Position numbers and translations under genes: made by a program
NCBI GenBank assembly: GCA_965226495.1
Contig: OZ245365.1
Span: 5,856,001-5,920,000, forward strand
Source: Candidatus Marinacidobacterales bacterium
Lineage (GTDB): Bacteria > Acidobacteriota > Vicinamibacteria > Marinacidobacterales > DATDRI01
Length of the DNA: 64,000 nt
Direction: 5' to 3'
Shown here: one piece after another, positions 27,169 to 36,547 of the stretch
How the letters are laid out: every line of letters begins with the position of its first letter
Position numbering within the stretch: the stretch's first letter is position 1
Notes under the pieces: model-generated
Told to the model about the DNA's origin: nothing
The model's database searches: none
Seen by the model: the letters and a program-made list of their open reading frames with translations, nothing else

Positions 27169-28221
27169 TTGCGGTCTCTTCTACGTGACACCCGCGTCCT
27201 AGACTTCAGCCGTTACGCGCCGGGTCCTTTTTGCAGTCTGTTAGCGTCGGAGTTCGGCGCAGACGTCATCAAGATCGAAGAGCCCGGACACGGGGATCCT
27301 CTGCGCGGTTTGGATGAAGATGCGTTCCGACGACTCAATCGCGGCAAGAAGAGTCTGACCCTGAATCTGAAGTCGGATCGAGGCCGACGGCTCGTCCTTC
27401 GCCTCGCCGAGCGATCCGACGCCTTGATAGAGGGCTTCCGCCCCGGAGTGATGGAGCGTTTGGGGTTAGCCTTCGAGACATTGACGGAACAAAACCCTCG
27501 GCTCGTCTACCTCTCGATTACCGGATACGGGCAGCAGGGTCCCTACCGGAGCAGGGCGGGGCACGACATCAACTACATGGCGGTGGCGGGAGCGCTGAAG
27601 GAAGAGGTTCCTCGGGTTCAGTTCGCCGACCTCGCCGGAGGCGGGCTCTATGGAGCCCTCGCCCTGATGGCCGGTCTTCACAAGTCTGCCACGACCGGCA
27701 AGGGGTGCTACATCGACCTTGCCATGCTGGACGGCGTCGTCTCCTTGCTAGGGCTCGCGATGTCTCCACTCGGCGACGTACTTTCCGGCCGTTATCCGAA
27801 CTATGGCCTTTACGAAACTCGCGATGGGCGGTGGTTGTCCGTAGGTGCGCTGGAGTCGAAGTTTTGGGATGCTTTCTGTGAGGGCATCCAAAGACCGGAC
27901 TTGGTCGAACGCATGGGTGACCCGGTGGTGCGGCAAGAAGTCGCTCGGGTTATCGCCGGGAAGTCCGCGGCGGAATGGCACGCCGTCTTCAAGGACCGGG
28001 ATGCCTGTGTGGAGCTGGTTCGAGATCCGCGGGAAACCCTATCGCACCCGCAGGTTTCACACCGGCAGATGTCCGATCCCGAGTTAGCGGTGCCCTTTGC
28101 CCGGCCCGCCGACTCCGATAAGCCTGCTCCGGAGCTGGGAGAGCATACCCTGAGCCTGCTCGAGGAGCTCGGCGTCAGTCCTGGCGAAGCCGAAAAACTG
28201 CGGACCGACGGGGTCTGCTAG
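27169..28221 (+). CDS. CaiB/BaiF family III CoA-transferase / acyl-CoA racemase-like
   Basis: GADVIKIE, NRGKKS, EGFRPGVMERLG, GYGQQGP, GHDINY, APELGEHT. Confidence 0.92.
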   Translation: MRSLLRDTRVLDFSRYAPGPFCSLLASEFGADVIKIEEPGHGDPLRGLDEDAFRRLNRGKKSLTLNLKSDRGRRLVLRLAERSDALIEGFRPGVMERLGLAFETLTEQNPRLVYLSITGYGQQGPYRSRAGHDINYMAVAGALKEEVPRVQFADLAGGGLYGALALMAGLHKSATTGKGCYIDLAMLDGVVSLLGLAMSPLGDVLSGRYPNYGLYETRDGRWLSVGALESKFWDAFCEGIQRPDLVERMGDPVVRQEVARVIAGKSAAEWHAVFKDRDACVELVRDPRETLSHPQVSHRQMSDPELAVPFARPADSDKPAPELGEHTLSLLEELGVSPGEAEKLRTDGVC

Positions 28222-28224
28222 AAC

Positions 28225-28269
28225 TTGCCCCTTCGGCGGGGCAAAAAAAGGGGCCTTGCGGCCCCTTTT
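28225..28269. terminator. Tandem bidirectional intrinsic terminators
   Basis: TTGCCCC-TTCGGC-GGGGCAA, then AAAAGGGGCC-TTGC-GGCCCCTTTT, between convergent genes. Confidence 0.85.
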
Positions 28270-28320
28270 GTAGTCGGTTTCAATCGGCCCTAATGGGCGG
28301 GCGTTTCTGGTATGAACCAG

Positions 28321-29253
28321 CTATCGCATGCCCGACGCTGCCGCGTCCGCAACTTCGCGATAGCTCTTCTTGGCCGTTCTGCTGTGTCTACCGAGTAATT
28401 TTCCGTCCCGCTCCCCGTCCCGGTGCATGGGCTCGAGGCGGACATCGATGCCTCGTTCGAACTTGTTTTGGAGGCTGATCGTAGACATCACCGACTTTCA
28501 TGACGTAGTCCCGTGTTTCCGCGGCTGCTCGGCTGCTACCGGCGCGAAGATACCCGGCGTTGAGCGGTCCGCCGTTGTACTCGGCGAGCACCATCCGTTC
28601 ATCGTTGTAGCGGTGAAGAGTATGTCCAAATAAAGAGCAGCCATCTCCGTGTTCTTCTCCGGGTCGTACAACATCTCGTCGGAGTACTCCCAGTTGAGCG
28701 TTCGGGCCAACATCCTCCCGGTGGAAGGCCAGATTTGGTAGAGACCCTTGGCGTTCGCGTGGCTGGTAGCCGATGGGTTGTAGCCGCTTTCGACGATACC
28801 CACCGCGAGAAAAATGAGCGGGTCCACGGAGGGGTATTTGTCAGATGCTTGGAGTATGAGCCGCGAGTACTCGTAGGCCTCGTTGAGACTGACTCTCGGA
28901 TTGGCCTTCATGATTTCGTCACGGATCCCGATCAAGAGTTGCTGTCTTCTGGAATCGAAGCTGATGCCGGCATCGAGGCTTTGAAGCTTTTGTTCGACTC
29001 GGTGCACGCTCAGCCCGAGTTCTTGGTTCAACTCGCCGACTCGATAAAACGCGTAAAACGCCACGCCGATGGTTATGAGGAGGAGAAACGACATGCTGAT
29101 CAACGCCACCACCTGCCATGAGGGAGCTCGACGGAAGGAAATGGATCTACCCGTCGAGCTTTTCGTTGGACGTTCCCCCGTCGGCACCTGCTCGAGAGAC
29201 ACGTCCTTTGCGGCTCCAACTACACTCATCAAATCCTTTCTAGTTCTTGCCAT
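28321..29253 (-). CDS. Membrane-anchored lytic transglycosylase (SLT domain); two apparent frameshifts (~28610, ~28480)
   Basis: TM anchor, VESGYNPSATSHANAKGLYQI, then LAEYNGGP...ETRDYVMKV in another frame; a third frame continues to TAG at 28321. Confidence 0.8.
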
Positions 29254-29632
29254 TCAGGAAGCCTCCGTTAACGGAGTTTGGCGACCTCCAATGAGCGACC
29301 CCCCCAACGAAACTGGTACGACGCGTTGAGACGCTCGTTCGAGCTCACCTGGTTGCACCCGCTGCCGTCCGCTCCCCCCCCGACGAATCGGGCGGCGCGC
29401 CATGCGGACAGCGTTGTCGGAACCCCTCTGGGTGCGGTACAGCGGGAGACGGTACATGGGTCTAAGTAATCCGTGTATTAATTGCTCTAAGGCTTCCCTG
29501 CGTGGAATCGAAAAAGAGTACCCACTGCCCCATTGTATATAGTCCAAATCCATGGCAGCTAAAGTGCCCCGGGCCCACCACATCATGGGCCCCGAGCTAT
29601 CGAACCCCCCTATATGTAGACGATGAGGCAGG

Positions 29633-29661
29633 AGTATAGCACCGCGCCAGCCCCCAGTCTA
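29633..29661 (-). promoter_or_regulatory. Sigma70-type promoter TAGACT-N17-TATACT with extended TG
   Basis: - strand reads TAGACT gggggctggcgcggtgc TATACT, ~375 nt upstream of the transglycosylase start. Confidence 0.55.
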
Positions 29662-29796
29662 CGAGAATCGTGCCGGCATCCAAAAGCTTCTGGCTGCTTT
29701 TTAGATGTGGGTTTTTTACTACGATCGAGGTCACTGTCAGCCGAACCGCTTTTAATTTGTTGTACATAAACCATTTATATCTATACGTTCGAGGCT

Positions 29797-32493
29797 CTAG
29801 GCATTCCCCAGAGCCACGTCGAGAGCCGCCCGTCCAGCCATCACAAGGAGATAGACGAGAAAAACGGCGACCGCGGCTACCCCTATTCGCCCTTTTCCCG
29901 AGAGCCAAGCGGCGCCGAGGCCGAGCCCGACGCTCACCGGCGCCATAACGAAGTAATGGTGTTTGAGGAGGAAATTGAAAAATAAGTCAAAACCACTGAA
30001 TAAGATAAGGATGCCGCCCCACAGAAACAGAACCGTTCGTTCGGGAGACCTCGCAACCAACCCGAGTCCCAACAGGCCTACCAGGGGTAGCAGGGCGTTC
30101 TCGTAAGTAAAGGAGAGCCTTCCTGGGAGATTCACGGCTCGATTCCAGATGGAGGGACCCCCCGCCTGGGATGTCGAGCCCGAGAACAACTGAGGCAGGG
30201 ACTCGCTTAGGAAGGGCCAAGTCCAGTGAATGTAGTAAAGGATGAAGGCGGCGGCTGTCGCGGTGAGGGTCACGCCCGCCAAGGCGCGTGTGGGTCCCGG
30301 TGCCTGGCGGTAGAGGAGGGGTAGGGCAAGAGTCAGCACTGCGGCCGCAAACAACAAGGAGGCAGTGTAGGAGAGAAAGCAGATCGTCAGCGCCACGGTT
30401 GCCCACCACCACGTCGCTCGCTCCTGCAGATGGTCGAAGCGTAACGTGATGAGGGTCAGGGCCATCGTAGCGGCCCACATCCCGAAGAGGGTCATCAAGT
30501 GCCCCAACCCCAGGAGCTGAAACGTCGGAGGAAGGCTGACGGCGATCACCCCCGCCAACACTCCTGCGCGGATGCTTCCGAAACGGGTGGCCAAAGCCGA
30601 TGCCGCCAGCGCAATCAGCGCCAACATCGAAGCTAGAACGCCTTTTTCGAGCGAATAAAACCACGCCCGAGGAAACGTTGCCAGCGGCGACACTAAGGTG
30701 TGGTACAGGCACGAGTGCGGTATGACGGCGTCGCCCCAGTGCGGTTGGTGACTGAGCATGTTCTCGGGGGAGGGGAGGTAGTAATGCATGAATCGCCCCT
30801 GCCAAATCTCTTCGGCAATCGAGGAGTGGTAAACGAAGTGACCTCCCTCGTAGAGTGGAAACAGCGTGGCGGTCGACCACGCGACGAAGCCCGCCATCGC
30901 GGCGGCGATGGCCGATGGACCGAGAACGGGGAGCCAGCCATGTCGGTTTAGAACACCCAGCGCGGCCGTGACTAAAGAGGCAAAAACCAGCCCCGCGAAG
31001 GTAACTACCAAGAAGATTGGGACGAACGGGATGACGAGGACCGGGTCGATTGTTAAAGCGAAGAGCTCTCCGACAAGAAGTAAGACCGTGACCGTTGCCG
31101 CCGCCCTGGCGCTCAATCCGGCGGCTCCGCACGCCCCCATGAAAAATAAGCTCGCGCCGAACAAGGCGAACAGGATTCTTGGAGATGCGAAGCTTCGTCC
31201 TCGCTTGATTCGAACACCGTCGATGCGCAGACCGAGCGGTGCGGATGACGAGGGTAGCTGCAGTCGGAGGCCGGATCTCCAGCTCAAAGGTGCGTAAGCG
31301 ACGAAGGAGTGCCGGCTCCATGACGGACCAAGCTCGGCGGTAAGCTCTTTACCTCCGGCACGGGCCAGGATGAGAGATCGAGGTACGTCAACCTCTTCGG
31401 GAGGACCACGCCGTAGCCCGGAGGGCGACGGCGGGAGAGACGCGGTGATCTCGACCGTCCACTCACTGCCCCCACCGAAATCGCGTAGGTCGATCTCGGC
31501 TCCTTGAAGAGCGCGCCGAAACGTGACTCCTTCCTCCTGGTCAAAACCGGCGAAACGGTGTGCACGTGTTGTTTCCCGACCCGAGCCTAGGTCCACCTCT
31601 AGTGAAGAGCGCGCCAAATAGGATGCTGTGCCGCCGGCCAAGCTCAGTAACGCCAAAGCCGCGACTGGCCATCCACGCCACAGTTTCAGACCGCGGATTG
31701 TGGAACGGAAGGACTCAACGAGAATTTCCAAGAGAGTACATGTCGCGGACGGGAAGACGAACCGAAAGGCTGCGGCCAGAACCAGGATCCAGAAAGTAGC
31801 TGGTGCTAGGAGCGCCGCATAGGGCCTGGCGAAAGCGAAGCCGACAGCCCAGGCGGCGGCGACTCCCATACCGATGTGGAATGCGCGTCGGTGCGTGCGT
31901 CCACTCTGCACGAGCAGTGTGAAGATCAAAAGCAAACCGGCGCTCGTAAAAACCAACTGCCGAAGCGGTGCAAGCCCGAGCTGGATGAATGAACCGGTCG
32001 GTACCAATCGGACCTCATGGACCCGCACACCCAGAGAGCGCCGATCCCCCTCTCCGGGGGTGAACGTCTCGGAACGGAAGACGATCTCGAGATCGGAGCG
32101 CCACCAGCCACGTGTTTCCGCAGCGAAGGAGATCGTTTCGGGACGGCTTCCCGGTCTCGTTTGGAGGGACTCACCTTCCGCTTGGATGACGAGAAGCGGC
32201 GGATCTTGACCAGGGTGACGGAAGCCCGAAACGTGTGTTTCCACCCGAGCCTTTAGGCCAGGCCCAGGGTCTGGAAAAACTAGGGAGCTCCGCGCTCTGG
32301 TCCAACGATAGGCACCTTCGGCATCATGAAAGTTGTGAACGGTGAGAGCACCGAGTAGTCCTGAGCCGGGAGAAATCACGAGGGTAGGCCGAATAAGATA
32401 GCCGAGACTCACGGCCACCAGCGATGCAAAGGCTAGCCAACGAAGCTCGGGAATCTTGACCCATCGACTCACTCGCTGCTTCACGCTCTGCAA
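29797..32493 (-). CDS. Large polytopic membrane protein, possibly GT-C glycosyltransferase-like, with two extracytoplasmic beta domains
   Basis: 898 aa, many TM helices, two soluble beta-rich inserts (FHDAEGAYRWT..., FDQEEGVTFRR...). Confidence 0.65.
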   Translation of the reverse strand: MQSVKQRVSRWVKIPELRWLAFASLVAVSLGYLIRPTLVISPGSGLLGALTVHNFHDAEGAYRWTRARSSLVFPDPGPGLKARVETHVSGFRHPGQDPPLLVIQAEGESLQTRPGSRPETISFAAETRGWWRSDLEIVFRSETFTPGEGDRRSLGVRVHEVRLVPTGSFIQLGLAPLRQLVFTSAGLLLIFTLLVQSGRTHRRAFHIGMGVAAAWAVGFAFARPYAALLAPATFWILVLAAAFRFVFPSATCTLLEILVESFRSTIRGLKLWRGWPVAALALLSLAGGTASYLARSSLEVDLGSGRETTRAHRFAGFDQEEGVTFRRALQGAEIDLRDFGGGSEWTVEITASLPPSPSGLRRGPPEEVDVPRSLILARAGGKELTAELGPSWSRHSFVAYAPLSWRSGLRLQLPSSSAPLGLRIDGVRIKRGRSFASPRILFALFGASLFFMGACGAAGLSARAAATVTVLLLVGELFALTIDPVLVIPFVPIFLVVTFAGLVFASLVTAALGVLNRHGWLPVLGPSAIAAAMAGFVAWSTATLFPLYEGGHFVYHSSIAEEIWQGRFMHYYLPSPENMLSHQPHWGDAVIPHSCLYHTLVSPLATFPRAWFYSLEKGVLASMLALIALAASALATRFGSIRAGVLAGVIAVSLPPTFQLLGLGHLMTLFGMWAATMALTLITLRFDHLQERATWWWATVALTICFLSYTASLLFAAAVLTLALPLLYRQAPGPTRALAGVTLTATAAAFILYYIHWTWPFLSESLPQLFSGSTSQAGGPSIWNRAVNLPGRLSFTYENALLPLVGLLGLGLVARSPERTVLFLWGGILILFSGFDLFFNFLLKHHYFVMAPVSVGLGLGAAWLSGKGRIGVAAVAVFLVYLLVMAGRAALDVALGNA

Positions 32494-32575
32494 TCCCGCC
32501 GCCCGATTGAGGTAAAGTTGGGTGCCCAGTATGTCCCGTTACTAGGAGTGTGTCGATGCTGAAAGGAGATCTCGG

Positions 32576-34674
32576 ATGAGCATCCGCGTCTCAACTCTGC
32601 TTTGCTTGGCTTACTTGTCGGCGCCGCCGGACCTTTGGAGTCAGAGCTCGCCGATCGTTCCGGAGAGCGTCTGGGAGGCGCTGGCGAACGAGCTCTCTGG
32701 CGACATAGCTTTCGACCACCTCCGACATCTAACTCTTTATCACTCTCCGAACGCGGCCTCCGAGGGATTTCGTCTTTCCGCGGAGTGGGTCGCGGCCAAG
32801 GCAGAAGAAATAGGGCTCCAAGACGTCGAGACACTCTCGTTGAACAAGCCTACAAGAGGGTGGACCATCCGCGGCGGAGAAGCCCGAATCGTCTCCCCCT
32901 TCGAGCTGAAGCTTGGCGATGTGCGCGAGACACCGCTCCGCGTCGCTGTTAATTCTCACGCAACCGATGTCACGGCTCCACTCGTGGACGTCGGTGAGGG
33001 AACGAAGGAGTCCGACTACGAGGGTAAGGACGAGGGTAAGGACGTGTTGGGCAAAGTTGTTTTCGCCTCCGGGGAGCCGGGTACGGTGCACCGTCTATCG
33101 GTATGGGAGCACGGGGCGGTCGGCGTCATTAGTTACGGGAGCCGACGTCGAGCCTATCCCGACCAAATGCCCTGGCGTCGGATCTCCGAGCGAGCGTCAG
33201 AAACGGAGAGTCCGAGCACCTTCGCCTGGATCCTCACGGAACGTGAGGGCGAGAGATTGCGAGAAAAGCTCGAACGCGCCGATGAGCCGATCGAAGTGAA
33301 GGTCAGTATCGATGCCGAGTTCGGCGAGTCTACCCGAGGAATCGTCGCAGGTTGGATTCGGGGGACCAACCCGAACCTATCGGCAGTCGTTTTGGTCGCG
33401 CACCTTCAGGAAGAAAAGCCCTCGGCCAACGACAATCGTTCCGGCTGCGCAAGTCTCCTCGAGATCGGCCGCAGCCTCGCTCGTTTGATCGAGGAGGGGA
33501 AGCTCCCTCGTCCCCGGCGGGACATCCGTTTTTGGTGGGTGGACGAGATCCGTGCGCCCTACCAGTATTTTGCCGAAAACCCGGATGCAGCAAAACGTAT
33601 GTTGGTAGCCTTCAACCAAGATATGGTGGGAGCGAAGCTCAGCCTGGGTCCACGCTCGGCGATACTCGGCCGAACGCCCTTCTCGCGGCCGAGTTTCGTG
33701 AACGACGTGGCGGTGAGTGTCTTCGAGACGGTACGCAGGGGGAACACGGCGTTCCCGTTCACGCGCGACGAGACGGACGAAGGGGGGTTCGCACGGCCGA
33801 TCGTCGCGACGCTAGGCACTCGGGAACCCTTCTGGGCGATGGCGGTCCCCGCTTTCGGTAACACCGATCACTTGGTTTTTAACGATGGACGGGTTGGAGT
33901 CCCTGCGGTGTCCCTGGACAACTGGCCGGATCCCTATATCCATTCCAGTGACGATGACCTTTGGCAAGTGGATCCCACGCAACTCGAAAGAAATGCCTTC
34001 GTGGTGGCCGCGACGGCTTACACCGTCGCTTCGTTGGGCGAGCCCAACATCGGTCGCCTCGCGGTCTTGCTGCAAGGAGGGGCGCAGACAAGGCTGGGAC
34101 GAGACGGAGCGTCGGCGCTGGCGCGACTCGTGGACGACTCGGCCGGATCCATTTCCTCTCGATACAAGGATGCCGAGATGCTTCTCTCGGTGTCCACCGC
34201 TCAAGAGATCGCGACCATCAATTCTGCTTTGGTCTTGGTGTCCTCCGGCGGGGCCGGTGAAAGGCTGTTGAAGCAAGTGCGGGCACGAGTAGACAACCTC
34301 GGTCGGACGCTTCAAGAAGACGTGGATGCATTCTACGAGGAGCGAACCGGCCAAGCTCCAAGAAGCGAGTTTTCCCCCGATGAAAAGGCGGCGGCCGAGA
34401 GGGTGCCGGAATGGACGATGTCGTTGGCGGAGAGTCTAGAAAAGATGATGCGGAGAGGTCCGCGCGCTGAGGTCGAAGGATTGCACGGTCTTTATCAGAC
34501 TGAGGTGCGCAACCTGGTTGATGGAAAACGGGCTGTGCTCGATATCTACCGTATGGTAGAGCAGCGTCTCTTTCCGTCGGCGAGTGGTACTACAGCCCGG
34601 TCGAGCTCGACGACGTGGTCGCGGTCCTCGAAGCCTCCGAGAAGGCTGGGGCGATCCGTATCAAGAGTCGGTAG
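32576..34674 (+). CDS. Exported M28/DUF4910 aminopeptidase-like protein with PA domain; apparent frameshift at ~34558
   Basis: VAHL..ANDNRSG, WVDEI, NQDMVG, TDH, IHSSDD; the C-terminus continues as RAASLSVGEWYYSPV...KSR* in another frame. Confidence 0.82.
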
Positions 34675-34675
34675 T

Positions 34676-34743
34676 CAGTGAGCAGTGATCAGTGATCAGT
34701 GATCAGTGACCAGTACATCCAATAGTTGATAACTGATTACTGG
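34676..34743. repeat. Heptamer tandem repeat (CAGTGAN)x5.5 with degenerate inverted copies
   Basis: CAGTGAG CAGTGAT CAGTGAT CAGTGAT CAGTGAC CAGT, followed by TTGATA ACTGATT ACTGG. Confidence 0.85.
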
Positions 34744-34819
34744 TTTTCCTCGTACAGACGGAGGGGTCCTCCTGAAGGTCTCTCTCAGGGGACTTGCAAA
34801 GACTAGGTTGGTTTAGTCT

Positions 34820-35149
34820 TTAATTTTTTGACGTGCTCGAAGCACTCGCCGCAGGGCCGCTCTTGGAGCGGTTCTTTTCAGATTGGGTTGTTTTAGGAGT
34901 GCTATCGGAGCTTTCACTTTCGCTCTTACTGGATGAGTCCTGTTCGCTCTTGCTGGATGAGTCCTGGCCTTTGCGGGCGTAGTCGGTGACGTACCACCCG
35001 GTCCCTTTGAATTGAATTGCCGGGGAGGATAAGAGCCGTTCGACCTTACCTTTGCACTTCACGCACGAGGTGAGCGGCGAGTCTGCCACCTTCTGCAGCA
35101 TCTCAAAGCGGTGGCCGCAAATCTCGCACTCGTATTCATAAAGAGGCAC
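34820..35149 (-). CDS. FmdB family zinc-ribbon protein
   Basis: MPLYEYECEICGHRFE...CVKC...FKGTGWYVTDY and a Ser/Lys-rich tail containing a QDSSSKSE duplication. Confidence 0.92.
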   Translation of the reverse strand: MPLYEYECEICGHRFEMLQKVADSPLTSCVKCKGKVERLLSSPAIQFKGTGWYVTDYARKGQDSSSKSEQDSSSKSESESSDSTPKTTQSEKNRSKSGPAASASSTSKN

Positions 35150-35303
35150 AAAAACAACTATACCACTTGGAAGCAGATCCGTCAACCCTTTGATCGGCAA
35201 GGTGTTACGAAGAAGCGGTTTCCCAGCGGCCCCGCTCCCGACCTCACCCGGAGCTCGAAACCTGTTCTACACTCTCGACTTGCTGGACTTTGCAAGCCAG
35301 GGC

Positions 35304-35786
35304 TCACCAGGCGCCGAGCAGGCGTCGCACCACGACCAACTCGCCCAGGTGGTAAGCATTGTGATCGGCCAACACCAAGACCTCTCGTAGGACGGTTTGC
35401 CCATCTCCATGCGGGATGGGAGCGTAAAGGTCGGTCGCTGGGTCCTGGACGAATTCCCGAAACATTTTGAGATCCGCCTGAAAGAGCCCGACGCTCCACT
35501 CCCACGACCCGGGCTCCGGTGGTGCCGCTTCTTCCGGCCAGTAACCGGCTGGAAAATCTGGAGATACGTGCTTGGGGTTGCGACTGAACTCCAAGATGTC
35601 CCGCTGCGCGATCCGTAAATGCTCCAAGATCTCCCAGGGGGTGTGCGGTGCTCCTTGCGGTCTCTTCGCCTGAAGCTTCAAAGGTAGGGCGGAGGTGGCG
35701 GTGTCGAAGTCCACATGGGCCTGTTTTCCGGTAAGGAGCTTGCCGAGATGCTCTCGAAGCGTCCGGTCTTCACTTGAAGGGCTCAA
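35304..35786 (-). CDS. DinB family protein
   Basis: QAHVDF, HTPWEILEHLRIAQRDILEF, YWP, GQTVLREVLVLADHNAYHLGE; TTG start after GAGG. Confidence 0.88.
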   Translation of the reverse strand: MSPSSEDRTLREHLGKLLTGKQAHVDFDTATSALPLKLQAKRPQGAPHTPWEILEHLRIAQRDILEFSRNPKHVSPDFPAGYWPEEAAPPEPGSWEWSVGLFQADLKMFREFVQDPATDLYAPIPHGDGQTVLREVLVLADHNAYHLGELVVVRRLLGAW

Positions 35787-35817
35787 TCGGTTCCACCTCT
35801 GTGACGTTTCATGAGTC

Positions 35818-36429
35818 TTACGAAAGCTCGACTTGCCCTTTCGCGGTGTCGAGAGTCGCCTTGAGCCTTTCGGCGACACCCTTTCTGACGTCGACGTCCA
35901 ATCGAAACGCGGCGAGAAGAGCTCTTACGTCTTCGGGATGCTGAGCTTCGATCTCCAGCCGCACCAAGTTACACCCGATGGGCGCATCTTGGCCAGGATG
36001 AGCAGTACCTCCCCATTCGATGAATCCCGGAACATCAGGAAGTAGTCCTCGACCCTCGATAGTCGCGAAACTCCAGCGGAGCACCGTTCCGTCCGGCTTT
36101 CGGCGGGACTCGGAAACCTTGGCGATTGGATAGCCGTGTTCCTTGCCGCGCGCGACAAGCTCTTTCATGTCGTTGACCCGGGCGACCCAGCTAATGAGGC
36201 ACCCTTGTTCGAGCTCTGCCAATTCGGTAGCTAGACCGGAAACGTTTCCTTGTCCGGGGTCGGGAGCGATGATCTCCAAGTAGCGACTCTCCCCCAACGA
36301 GAGAAGGGCGTTCCGGGTTCCGAGGCCGGGATGGCTTCCCCCGTGAGCCGCCCGAACTCCGGTCCGGCCCGCGATTTCGTCGATCCCACGCTGGAGGTCG
36401 TGGGTTCCCCAAATTAGATGGTCGAGCAT
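35818..36429 (-). CDS. VOC/glyoxalase-like domain protein
   Basis: LDHLIW, GGSHPGLGTRNALLSLG, YLEIIAPDP, FIEWG..HP. Confidence 0.9.
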   Translation of the reverse strand: MLDHLIWGTHDLQRGIDEIAGRTGVRAAHGGSHPGLGTRNALLSLGESRYLEIIAPDPGQGNVSGLATELAELEQGCLISWVARVNDMKELVARGKEHGYPIAKVSESRRKPDGTVLRWSFATIEGRGLLPDVPGFIEWGGTAHPGQDAPIGCNLVRLEIEAQHPEDVRALLAAFRLDVDVRKGVAERLKATLDTAKGQVELS

Positions 36430-36432
36430 TAC

Positions 36433-36547
36433 CTAGTACTCGCTCGGCTCTTCCATTAATGCCTCGCCGCTCTTCGCGGCTCGGTTTGCCGCTTCGGGAT
36501 GTTACCCTACGCGGCAGCTGAAGGCTCCGCCTCGCTCCCGGGGAAGC
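36433..36547. repeat. Multi-hairpin GC-rich intergenic element (REP/MITE-like)
   Basis: Nested stems CCGC-TCTTC-GCGG, TGCCGC..GGG..CCC..GCGGCA and CTTCC...GGAAG; single copy in this window. Confidence 0.3.

Noticed and set aside
29254-29630. c-di-AMP (ydaO) or c-di-GMP riboswitch, or the 110-aa ORF, upstream of the transglycosylase
   Set aside because: Consensus motifs not found by eye; the ORF lacks an RBS and recognisable features.
33020-33043. 12-bp in-frame duplication (EGKD EGKD) in the peptidase
   Set aside because: Simple slippage in a loop; no evidence of function.
34676-34714. Tandem repeats as a CRISPR array (also 59667-59704)
   Set aside because: Units are 7-9 bp with no spacers, and there are no cas genes.
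35200-35300. Possible SRP or other ncRNA between the DinB and FmdB genes
   Set aside because: No SRP helix-8 motif or tRNA-like features found.
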